A stretch of 64,000 nucleotides of DNA from the human T2T-CHM13v2.0 reference genome, Homo sapiens. Both the position numbers and the translations under genes were made by a program. The notes under the pieces are model-generated. The model saw only the letters and a list, made by a program, of their open reading frames with translations. It was not told where the DNA came from and ran no database searches. The DNA is taken from the NCBI RefSeq assembly GCF_009914755.1, contig NC_060942.1; one strand, given 5' to 3'. Every line of letters begins with the position of its first letter. Position 1 is the first letter of the stretch. Below are positions 53,912-64,000 of the stretch, piece after piece.

Positions 53912-55637
53912 GATAGCTTTATTGAGATATAATTCCCATGCCATACACCTTAAAAATTTATACTTTACAATTCAATGTCTTTTAATAGAATTATGCATCT
54001 ATCACCAGATTCAATTTTAGAATATTTTTATTATTCCAAAACAAAATCCCATACTCCTTAGCACTTACCCCTTAATCCCCACTCCCAGGCCTAAGCAACC
54101 ACCAGTCTACTTTCTGTCTCTATAGGTTTATCTATTCTAGACATTTAGTATAAATTGAACCATGTACTAAATATGTAGCCCCTTTTGATTGGCTTCTTTT
54201 ACTAAGCATAATGTTTTTAAGGCCCATCTATGTGGTAGCATGTATAACTGGTTTCTTTCCATTGCCAAATGGTATTCCATTCTATGAATATGCTGCATTT
54301 TATGTGTTCATTGGACAGTTGGTGAGCGTTTGGGTTGTTTCTACTTTTTGGCTATTATGAATAATGCTGCTATGTCCATTTGTGTACATGTTTTTGTGCC
54401 TACGTATGTATTCATTTCTCTTGGGTAAATACCTAGAAGTGAAGTTGACAGATCATATGGTAACATTATGTTTAAGGAACTGACAGACTGTTTCCCAAAA
54501 GGGCTGCATTATTTTACACTTCCACCGGCGGTATATGAAGGTTCCAATTTCTCTATAGCCTTGCCAACACTTGTTATTTTGGTTTTTTGATTCTAACCAT
54601 CCTACTGTATATAAAATGTTATATTTGTGGTTTTGATTTACATTTCCCAATGAATAATGTCAAGCATTTTATGTGTGCTTATTGGCCACTTGTATATCTT
54701 TTTTAGAGAAATGTTGATTCAGATATTTTGCTTATTTTTGAATTGAGGTTTTTTAAATTATAGAGTTGTAAGAGTCTGAAATACATTGTAAATACAAGCC
54801 CCTCGCTAGACCTGTGATTTTTAAATATGTTTTCTATTCAGTAGGTTATCTTTTCATGATGTCCTTTGAAGCACAGAAGTTATTGTTTGATGATGTTCAG
54901 TTGATCTGTGTTTTCTTTTGCTGCTCGTAATTTTGGTCATATCTAAGAATTAATTGCCAAAAATGAGGCCAGAAAGACTTATTCCAATGTTTTCCTCTAG
55001 GTGTTTTATTGTTTTTCTCTTACATTTGGGTCTTTGATCCATTTTGAGTTAATATTTGCATATGATGTTTTCTAAGTGTCCAGCTTCATTTTTTTGCATA
55101 TGGGTATACACTTTTCCTGAATGTTCTTGATATCCTTGTCAAAAATCATTGGATAATAATATATGTGAGGGTTTATTTCTGGGCTGTCTATACTACTCCA
55201 TTGATATATACATTTGTCTTTATGCCAGTACCATAGTGTTTTGACAATTGTAGCTTCATAGTAAGTTTAGAAATCAGGACGTGTAAGGCCTTCAAACTGG
55301 ATCCTTTTCAACATTGTGTTCCCTATTCTGGGCCCCTTGAATTTTTATATAAAATTTAGAATCAGTTTTTCAATAGCTACAAAGAGGTCAACTAGGATTT
55401 TGACAGAAATTTCACCGAATTTGTAGGTTGTTTTGTGATATCTTGTTATATAATAATGTCTTCCAATTCATGTACATAGTCTGTCTTTCCACTTATTTGG
55501 ACTTCTATTTTCTCAACAATGTTTCATGACCTTCAAGAGTGTAATTTCTGCATTTCTTTTGTTAAATTGATTCATAGTTATTTCATTCTTTTTGATGATA
55601 TGTAAATAAAATTGCTTTCTTGATTTCATTTTTGGTT
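53912..55637 (-). mobile_element. L1MB 3' portion nested in older L1M
   Basis: 'tagctttattgagatataattc', 'agcaaccaccagtctactttctgtctctatagg'; degenerate TSD ttatgagtattttt / ttacaagtattttt. Confidence 0.78.
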
Positions 55638-57021
55638 TACAAGTATTTTTTAACATCCAATTATTTGTGTTTTTCCAAAAGTCTTTCTGCTATTGACTTC
55701 TAATCTAATTCCTTTTATTTATTTTTTCTAGCCATTACTAAGACAGGGATGTTAAAAATCTCCAACCATAATTATAAATTTACCTGTTTCTCATTTTAGT
55801 TTTGCAGTTTTTGCTTCATTCATTTTGAAGCTCTGTTACTGAGTATATATACAATGAGGATTGTTAAGTCTTCTTTACAAATTAGACCATTTATCATTAT
55901 CCAAAATAATATTCCTCTTCATCTCTAATACTCCCTCCTTTTAAGTCTACTTTGTTTAACATTAACATATGCCTTTCTCTTACCGTTTTCATATAGTTAT
56001 TTTTTGCATTCATTTACTTTTAACATATTTATGTCTTTATAATTAGTCATTTTTAAGAAAAGATATTTTTTAATCCAACAAAACAAATTTTGTTTTCTTA
56101 TTAAATGTTTAGACCTGGTATATTTAATGTGGTTATGAATGTGATTAAATTCAAATCTATCAGCTTGCTACTTAAAAATGTACAGGTTCTAAGATCATTT
56201 CCTATCTATATTTGGATTTACTGGGTAATTTTAGTATTCTATTTTATTTATACTATTGGCTTAATGCAATATCATTTTTTATAGTTGCTCTAATATTTAT
56301 GAGATTAACATCTTTCAATTATAGTGTCACTTCAAATAACACTACATGATCTTGTAGATAATGCAAGAACCTTACAAGTTTATCCTTTCATGTTCTCTTT
56401 CCTACTCTTTGTACCATTTTTACATAAATTCTACTTGTACTTCTTGTAAATATATTATAAACCCACAGTATATTGTTTTTGCTTAAATAATTGATTTTCT
56501 TTTCTAAAAAAACAAAAATGAGAAAACTGTTATTTGTTTATTCATCTGCATGTTTACCATTTCCTGTGCTCTTCATTTCCTCATGTAGATCATTGTATTC
56601 TGTAGTTGACTGATTGTGTTGCTCCAAAACTGTTAATAGGTCAAGGTGGTTGGTCAGGGTTGTTAAAATTATTTTTATCTTTACTAATTACTGGTTTATT
56701 TGTATTATAAAACAATAAGAGAAGACTTTTAAAATAATCAATCATGATTTCAGGTTTTGATATTCTTTACTGTGGTTCTATTTTTTTCTTAATGTATTTT
56801 GAAGTCTTTCATTAGATACATATATATTTTTAGATTGTTAAATTTGATAAACTGGTTCTTTTATAATTATGAAGCGATACTCTTTACCTTTGGTATTACT
56901 TCTTTTTTTGAAGTCTATTTTGTCTGATAGTAGTATAGGTATTCTAGTGTGATGGCTAATTTTATGTGCCAATTTGGCTGGGCCATAGGATATCCACCTA
57001 TTTGGTCAAATATCATTCTGG

Positions 57022-57296
57022 GGCTTGGCATGGTGGCTCACTCCTGTAGTCCCAGCACTTTGGGAGGTCAAGGCAAGTGGGTCATTTGAGGTCAGGAGTT
57101 CAAGACCAGCCTAGCCAACATAGTGAAACCCCATCTCAACTAAAAATACAAAAATTAGCCAAGCAGTAGTGGCCCCCGCTTGTAATCCCAGCTATTTGGG
57201 AGGTTGAGGCAGGAGAATCGCTTGAGCCTGGGAGGCGGAGATTGCACTAAGCTGAGATCAAGCCACTGCACTACAGTCTGGGTGACAGAGTGAGAC

Positions 57297-57300
<4 letters not shown>
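57022..57300 (+). mobile_element. AluS (Sx/Sz-like) with tail replaced by simple repeats
   Basis: Full Alu dimer; TSD atatcattctgg / atattgttctgg encloses the downstream repeats. Confidence 0.92.
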
Positions 57301-57327
<27 letters not shown>

Positions 57328-57528
57328 ATATATATCATATATATGATATATATCATATATATGATATATATATCATATAATATCATATATATGATATATA
57401 TCATATATATCATATATATGATAATATATGATATATATATCATATAATATCATATATATGATATATATCATATATATCATATATATGATAATATATGATA
57501 TATATATCATATATATTTTATATATATA
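57300..57528. repeat. (CT)n followed by palindromic (TATATCATATATATGA)-type minisatellite
   Basis: Directly visible. Confidence 0.93.
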
Positions 57529-57899
57529 TTGTTCTGGGTGTTTCTGTGAGATGTGAGAGTATTTTGGATGGCATTGACATTTAGATTGGTGGATTTTGAG
57601 TAAAGCAGATTGCTCATCAATAAGATGAAGGCTTTGATAGAATCAAACAACAGGCCCCTCCTAAGCCAGTCATTTGGTTCTATTAAAGAAAGGGCAAGAA
57701 AGAAATCTTCAGCAGACTGCCTATAGACTTCATCTGACACATCAGGTCTTTCTGGTTCCACTAGCCTGCAAACATTCTGACCCAAACTGGAATTTTGGTT
57801 CTCTTGGTTCTCCAGCCTGTTGGCCAACCTGCATATTTGGGGCTTATCATCTTCTATAATCATATGAGCTAATTCCTTATAATAAATCTCTGTCTATCC

Positions 57900-57981
57900 A
57901 TACACATAAACACACACATGCACACACAGAAACAAACACACACACACATACATACGCACACACATATACACACATGCATGC
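57900..57981. repeat. Degenerate (CA)n tract
   Basis: Directly visible; lies in the MLT2 simple-repeat region. Confidence 0.8.
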
Positions 57982-58363
57982 TGTATTAGTCTGTTTTCAT
58001 GCTGCTATGAAGAAATACCTGAGATTGGGTGATTCATAAAGGAAAGAGGTTTAATTGACTCACAGTTCTGCATTGCTGTGGAGGCCTCAGGAAACTTACA
58101 ATTATGGCTTTATGGCAGAAGGCAAAGGAGAAGCAGGCACCTTCTTCACAGGGCAGCAGGAAGGAGTGAGTGCAAGCAGGGAAAATGCCTGATGCTTATA
58201 AAACTATCAGATCTCATGAGATTCACTCACTATCAGGAGAACAGCATGGGGGAAACTGCTCCCATGATCCAATTACCTCCACCTGATCCCACCCTTCACA
58301 TGTGATTATGGGGATTACAATTCAAGGTGAGATTTTGGGTGGGGACACAGCCAAACCATATCA
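57982..58363 (-). mobile_element. THE1 (C/D-like) solo LTR
   Basis: 'tgtattagtctgttttcatgctgcta...gccaaaccatatca'. Confidence 0.92.
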
Positions 58364-59037
58364 CACACATATTGTTTTATTCTGCTTTAATGAATAGCTC
58401 TGACTAGCTTTCTAATGTTTCCTTTTATATTGTATGTTTTATTTCCATCTTATAACTTCTATGTGTAACCACCTGTGACTAAAATAATACTTTGCAGAGA
58501 TTTGGGCTTCATCTCTGTTAAGATTCCTCCTTTCCTGCTCCCTGACTCATAAATTTTAGACATTTCAGCAGTCTAATTTCTCCCTTATTCTCAACAAGAC
58601 CACCGTGGAAAAGTGCATTGAACATAGCATATCCTTTGTAAATCCTTATTAAGTTTCATCATACATGTAGAATCAGAAAACATGGAAAATCAGTGTGACT
58701 GAATTCTTTCTTGAACCAACAACAAAGTAAACTATTTCTAGAAGCTGTCGTTTTCATTCATTCATATAACATGTATTTAAACTTGTCCTATTTTATACTG
58801 ATAAAATTTAAATAAAACACAGACTGTAGAAGTGAAAACAGACAGAACCATAAATGAGATAAATTAGTAATAAAGAAAAGTACTAAATTCTATGAAAGAG
58901 ATCCTTCAACTCAGAGAATTTGACATTTAGATTACAGATAGGAATTAACAAAATTTAAAAGATAGTAAAGGGCATATAAGAAAGGAGAAATAGTATATAA
59001 AAACCACTGGGGGGTAGAAGAACATAGTGTTTTAGGA

Positions 59038-60064
59038 CAGCAGTTGGCAAACAATTTTTTAAAAGGTACAGATAAGAAATATTTTAAGTGTTCTGGGCCA
59101 TATGGCGTCTATTTCAACTGTTCAGCTCTACTGCTGTGCCATGCAAGCAGCTGTATATAATGCATAATTTTTTTAGTTTAATTGCTTCCTTTTAATCTTT
59201 TTTTTTTTAATTTGGGTTCTGGGTTACATGTGCTGAATGTGCAGGTTTGTTACATAGGTATACATGTGCCATGGTGGTTTGCTGCACCTCTCAACCTGTC
59301 TTCTAGGTTTTAAGCCCTTCATGCATTAAGTATTTGTCCTAATGCTCTCCCTCCCCTTGCCCCCCACCCCCCAACAGTCCCTAGTATGTGATGTTCCCCT
59401 CCTTGTGTCCATGTGTTCTCACTGTTCAACTCCCACTTATGAGTAAGAAGATGTGGTGTTTGGTTTTCTGTTCCTGTGTTAGTTTGCTGAGAATGATGGC
59501 TTCCAGTTTCATCCATATCCCTGCAAAGAACATGAACTCATTCTTTTTTATGGCTGCATAGTATTCCATGGTGTATATGTGTGACATTTTCTTTATCCAG
59601 TCTATCATTGATGGGCGTTTGGGTTGGTTCCAAGTCTTTGCTATCATAAATAGTGCTGCAATAAGCATATGTGTGCATGTGTCTTTATAGTAGAATGATT
59701 TATAATACTTTGGGTATATACCCAGTAATGGGATTGCTGGGTCAAATGGTATTTCATGTCCTAGATCCTTGAGGAATTGCCACACTGTCTTCCACAATGG
59801 TTGAACTAATTTACACTCCCACCAACAGTGTAAAAGCGTTCCTATTTCTCCACATCCTCTCCAGCATCTGTTGTTTCCTGAGATGGTTATCTCATTGTGG
59901 TTTTGATTTACATTTCTCTGATGACCAGTGATGATGAGCTTTTTTTTCTGTTTGTTGGCTGCATTATAGCCTATAATTAAATGGGCTTAGTTTTGTTCTA
60001 ATAAGGTTTTATTTACTGGTGGCGGGTAGGATTTGGCCAGTGAACCATAGTATGCTGTCCCCTG
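59038..60064. mobile_element. MER58A hAT element split by L1PA (59038-59167; 59968-60064)
   Basis: 'cagcagttggcaaac..aatattttaag..ggccatatgg..caactgttcagctct' and 'ggatttggcc..catagtatgctgtcccctg'. Confidence 0.78.
59168..59967 (-). mobile_element. L1PA7/8-like 3' fragment
   Basis: 'ttctaggttttaagccc..atgcatta.gtatttgtcctaatgctctccc'; ORF2 C-terminal peptide on minus (WKTVWQFLKDL..FDPAIPLLGIYP). Confidence 0.9.
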
Positions 60065-61010
60065 GTTTAGGTTATGTCAAGTAATCCATATTCCTGGGTT
60101 GTGGGATGTATGTTAGGTAATGCCCAGAAAAGAAACTCCTAAGACAGGTGTCACTAGATCATGTAGTTTATATCCATTATGCCAAGGAGCTTGATATTTT
60201 TCCTTACTAAAGTGGACAATCATTAATATTGTTAATGCAGTATAATTATATGATAAGCAATAGGTTTTATGAAATAACTTTAATGCCAATGCCCAAGGGA
60301 AAAACCATCCCCAGAGAGCTACCAGAGGTAAAAAAATATTGTATTAGAGTGACCAATTAGTATGCTACAAACTATGCATAAGGTGATTGAAAATAGTTGG
60401 GAGTGAAAGAATGAGATAAATGAGAGCTATTTGTACATACGTGGTTGTTGAAGGTACAGGAGTTCATTGAGAACCTCTAGAGATATTATGCAGCAGATGA
60501 AATAAAAAGTGTCAAGGATAAAATCTGGGAAACCAATAAAATTACTTAAAGAGACACTGGTGTGTGGAGAATGAGCTAAAGAACATTTAAAATGTAAGGA
60601 GCAAGAAACCTTACATTAATACGTATTTAAAATCACAGGTAATAGGAAAAATACACATCATAACAATGAATTACTATTCTTAATTCATCAGATTTTCAAA
60701 AATTAGAAAGTTGGAGGATGACTACTGTTGGTGGTCATATAGGAAATTGGGTGCTTTTGTGTGCTGATAGTGAAGTAGGGCCTTGGTGGTCTCCTCCTGA
60801 AGCAATCAGTTTCTACTTAGTTCCATCATGTACTTACTCTGTAACTTAGTAATTCCATTTCTGAGTTTATTTTCCAGAGAAATGCTCACATGATACTTAT
60901 GGGGCAAGTAGGGGATATTTACCAATTATAATCTGTGAAAGTGGAGAGTCAGAGATAAACTAAAGACTTATATATGGGGAAATGAATAAAAGTATAGTAA
61001 GCCCATAGCG

Positions 61011-61745
61011 TGTGGGATAGATAGATGCTTTATCATCCCACAATAGTCAAAATACTCCTTATAGGATCCTCCATATTGAGCCTATACTGTGAGAGGATTG
61101 TATTTTCAACCCACTTATTGTCACACATTGACATTTGACTTACCATGGCCATTGAGATATGAATAGAAATGACATGTACCCTTGCTAAGCAGAAGCTGTA
61201 AGAAATGCAGCATTATTCCTCTGAGTCTGTTTTTGATTTGTCACAAGAATGGCTACATCCTAAATGGGAGCTCTTTCTTAAGCCTAGATGCCAGTGTGAA
61301 GAAGAGACAGAGCAGAGACACGAACAACATGTAAAGTAAGTAAGAAATAAACTTTTGTTTGTTTGTTTGTTTGTTTGTTTATTGAGATAGTGTCTCACTC
61401 TGTTACCCAGGCTAGAGTGCAGTAGCACAGTCATGGCTCACTGTAACCTCGACCTCTCAGGATCAAGCAATCCTCCCACCTCAGCCTCCTGAGTATCTGG
61501 AACGACAGGCACACACCACCACACCTGGCTAGATTTTATGTTTTTTGTAGAGATAGGATTTTGCCATGTTGTCCAGGCTGGTCTGGAATTCCAGGACTCA
61601 AGTGATCTGCCTGCCCTGGCTTCATAAAGTGATGGGATTATAGGCATAAGCCACCACCCCTAGCTTAAACCTTTGTTTTTGTAAGTCACTAGAATCCAGG
61701 TGATGTTTGTTATTGTAGCAAAACCTCACAAAAACTGACAGATAT
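61011..61745 (+). mobile_element. MLT1I-like LTR interrupted by AluJ
   Basis: 'ggccattgagatatgaatagaaatgacatgt..aagcagaagctgtaag', 'agaaataaac|ctttgtttttgtaagtcact..tttgttattgtagca'. Confidence 0.75.
61361..61665 (-). mobile_element. AluJ with (TTTG)n tail
   Basis: 'tcaagcaatcctcccacctcagcctcc', 'ggactcaagtgatctgcctgcc'; TSD taaacttttgttt / taaacctttgttt. Confidence 0.93.
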
Positions 61746-63374
61746 TCTCTAGAATCCCATGTAGTAGTTAGAAGGAACTAGTTAAATGTACAAAAACAAC
61801 ATTTGTGGATCTTAAATACCTAGTGGGAAGTAAAAAAAAGAAGTCAGGTGCTTGATCTCTAATGCAATATCAGTTAAATAAAAAAAATAAATAAGTCAAA
61901 GTACATAATTTAGAAGGATATATACAAATTCAATGAAACATATCAAAGACATTAGAAAATTTGCCTGTGGGAACTAAGGAGAATGAGAATGGGAAATATG
62001 GATAAAAATATATAAAACAATAAATGACTTAATCTACATGTGAGTATGAGTACATGCATAATAGAGATATCCTTTAAAATAAAATAAATGTGAAATATGT
62101 GGATAATGAGGAATATAATTAACTAAACTCTCTGCATCTGTGGAGCAAACAAGAAAACAAGGGAAAAATATTAAAGAGAGAGAAGGGGGGGAAATAAATT
62201 TTAGGAAAGTGTATAGAGGAACTTATTTTACCAAGTAGGGAGAAATTTAGCAATACCAAATGCCATGAAAAGTCAAAGATAAGAATTAACAAGCGACTAT
62301 TTGTTTTGCCTATTAAAAAGTCACTATTGCAATCCTACATTTCTGTAATTGTAGGTATTATGAAAGCATGAGCTGAGTTAGAAGGGAAATTTGAAAGCAG
62401 TTTGTCAGGGAACTGTGTAATTGCATCTATTTTTCCCTGCTAACCTTTTGCAAGAGAGAAGAGGATTTGACAGCATTACTTGTATGTCTAAGCTTGGAAA
62501 AAGATTCTTTTCACTGCTTTTGTGGTGACTTCACCTTAGAGGTGTTGACCAACTTATAAGGTGCTGTGGAAAGTGCCTTTGGCATTCAACAAAAATTGTC
62601 AGATCACTTTCAGTCTACACTTTGAGAGATTATGGCTGTCTCATTCCAGAACACATAATAGTTACACCCAGGTAAGCTTTTATTTCCCTGCTATGATTTC
62701 TATTTTCTAAGCCCATTGGAATAGTCTTTGTTAGCTCAGTACAGGAGTGGGTACCTAGCAGATATGAGTTGGCTTCAGTTCCATAGTATTCTCCAGGTGC
62801 ACTCTGTGTCCTTGGCAAAATATTGGAGGACATAGGCTTTTGCTCAGCAATGCATGTAGCTTTCTTCTTCTGATTTCATGCTTGCCTAAAAGAATTGAAT
62901 TTGTGGCAATCCAAAGTGTTGCTCTGTAGTTTATCACCAGATCGCTACGATCCAAATTTTTGATGGCTGTATTATTCTTCAGTTTCTATGACCTGAGAGC
63001 TTCCTGATATGACACATAGTTTTCTCTCCTTCTGATGATTATTTTATGGGAAAGATGTCGAGGGGTTTTTGATAAGGAAGGAGAATATTATTTTTTCAGA
63101 AAGGGCATTTTTAGCTCTAAATTCCCAACAGGAAAAAATGAATAAGAGAAAAGAATGATAAGAAAATAATACAGAAATTAAATGAGATAATTTTTTCAAT
63201 CAGAATTGAAATGAGGAAAAATTTTAAAAATTATATAATGAAAGTAGATATAATATGTGAGTAAGTTGGGAGATAAATGTATTTAATTCTTACCTTCAAT
63301 TCACTTCCATCTCACACAAGATTTTCCCAAGATGGATTATGTTTTATGTAAATTATTTTGAGTTGACAATAAAA

Positions 63375-63615
63375 CACAGTTTTTCTAAAATTGTCCCATA
63401 GAACAATAGTTCTAAGAGGTGCTGCTTAAAATATGAAGAGAAAATATTGCCTTGTAGGCTCCCTATGCAAATTAATATATTGGCAGCTCTGGGAAGAACT
63501 GACTATAAGGAACTTGTTTAATGATTTAACATAATTTTTCAAACTTATTTGAACATAGAACTTTTAAACAATAATATCTATCAATATACAACTAACATTT
63601 TTTAGACTATGCTGT
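63375..63615. mobile_element. Decayed hAT-Charlie-like DNA transposon
   Basis: 'cagtttttctaaaattgtcccatagaacaatagttc' and 'tttttcaaacttatttgaacatagaac..tgctg'; family uncertain. Confidence 0.35.
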
Positions 63616-63759
63616 GGTAAATATGTCAAAGGTATTTGCAAGTCAAAAATTTAAAACTTGATGAGTACAGCTCCTGACAGATAACATTCACTCAGTAAAT
63701 CTGTATAATTTAAAGCCAATAAATGTACATTATTTCAGTTGATTATCTAAATTATGCCT

Positions 63760-63880
63760 TGAGATAATCATGATACTTGTCATGATCCCTTTTAAACAGA
63801 AGAGGAAATAAAGCTCAATAGATAAACAAATTCCCAAGGTCACACATTTAGTTGATTGAGGGAAGTGAGAATTCAGGGAA
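63760..63880 (-). mobile_element. MIR fragment
   Basis: 'ccttttaaacagaagaggaaataaagctca..cccaaggtcacaca'. Confidence 0.7.
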
Positions 63881-64000
63881 ACTTTTTATTTAATTAGTAT
63901 TTTTTCCACTTGTCTCAATTTACTGGGCAAATATCTAATTTATTTAGTGCTATAGATTGCCACACTGTGTAATTCATCCCCTCCAATAATTTCTAAAACC

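Larger units (their letters stand above)
56948..58407 (+). mobile_element. MLT2 (MLT2D-like, ERVL) LTR interrupted by Alu and THE1
   Basis: Starts 'tgtgatggctaattttatgtgccaatttggctgggcca'; 'gagtaaagcagattgc'; 'ccttataataaatctc' followed by a CA-rich tract; end 'ctctgactag'. Confidence 0.82.
60620..62150 (+). mobile_element. L1ME-like 3' fragments (flanking an MLT1 insertion)
   Basis: 'aacaatgaattactatt', 'agtaattccatttctgagtttattttccagagaaatgctcaca', 'tggatcttaaatacctagtg'. Confidence 0.55.

Noticed and set aside
57022-61665. Inverted Alu pair as a dsRNA/circRNA signal
   Set aside because: Different subfamilies, 4 kb apart, commonplace, and no supported exon lies between them.
62630-62955. 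Two overlapping minus-strand ORFs (66-67 aa) as a coding exon or pseudogene
   Set aside because: No recognisable protein, and no consistent splice sites keep a frame open.

Overview
This is AT-rich primate (most likely human or great ape) nuclear DNA, judged from AluJ/S/Y, L1PA2 to L1PA16, THE1/MST and Hsmar2 elements. It looks intergenic or deep-intronic and is dominated by transposable-element relics. I cannot support any protein-coding gene, RNA gene or CRISPR array. The ORFs in the track are chance frames, Alu/LTR/microsatellite read-throughs or decayed L1 ORF1/ORF2 fragments. I found no convincing novel biological system. The most notable structures are: (i) a nested Hsmar2 > AluJ + MST provirus complex with a later deletion and a ~71-bp-arm fold-back hairpin (10.1-13.1 kb); (ii) two 5'-inverted (twin-primed) L1 insertions with intact TSDs; (iii) a near full-length old L1PA15/16-like element with a monomer-repeat 5'UTR and an ORF1-like micro-insertion in ORF2; (iv) a few repeat-free islands with splice-site and TF-motif signals (13.3-13.7, 47.4-48.2, 62.5-62.7 kb) that may be exons, a promoter or enhancers of an unidentified transcript. 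Repeat subfamily names come from my recall of consensus sequences and need RepeatMasker/Dfam confirmation. Boundaries of old repeats are approximate.
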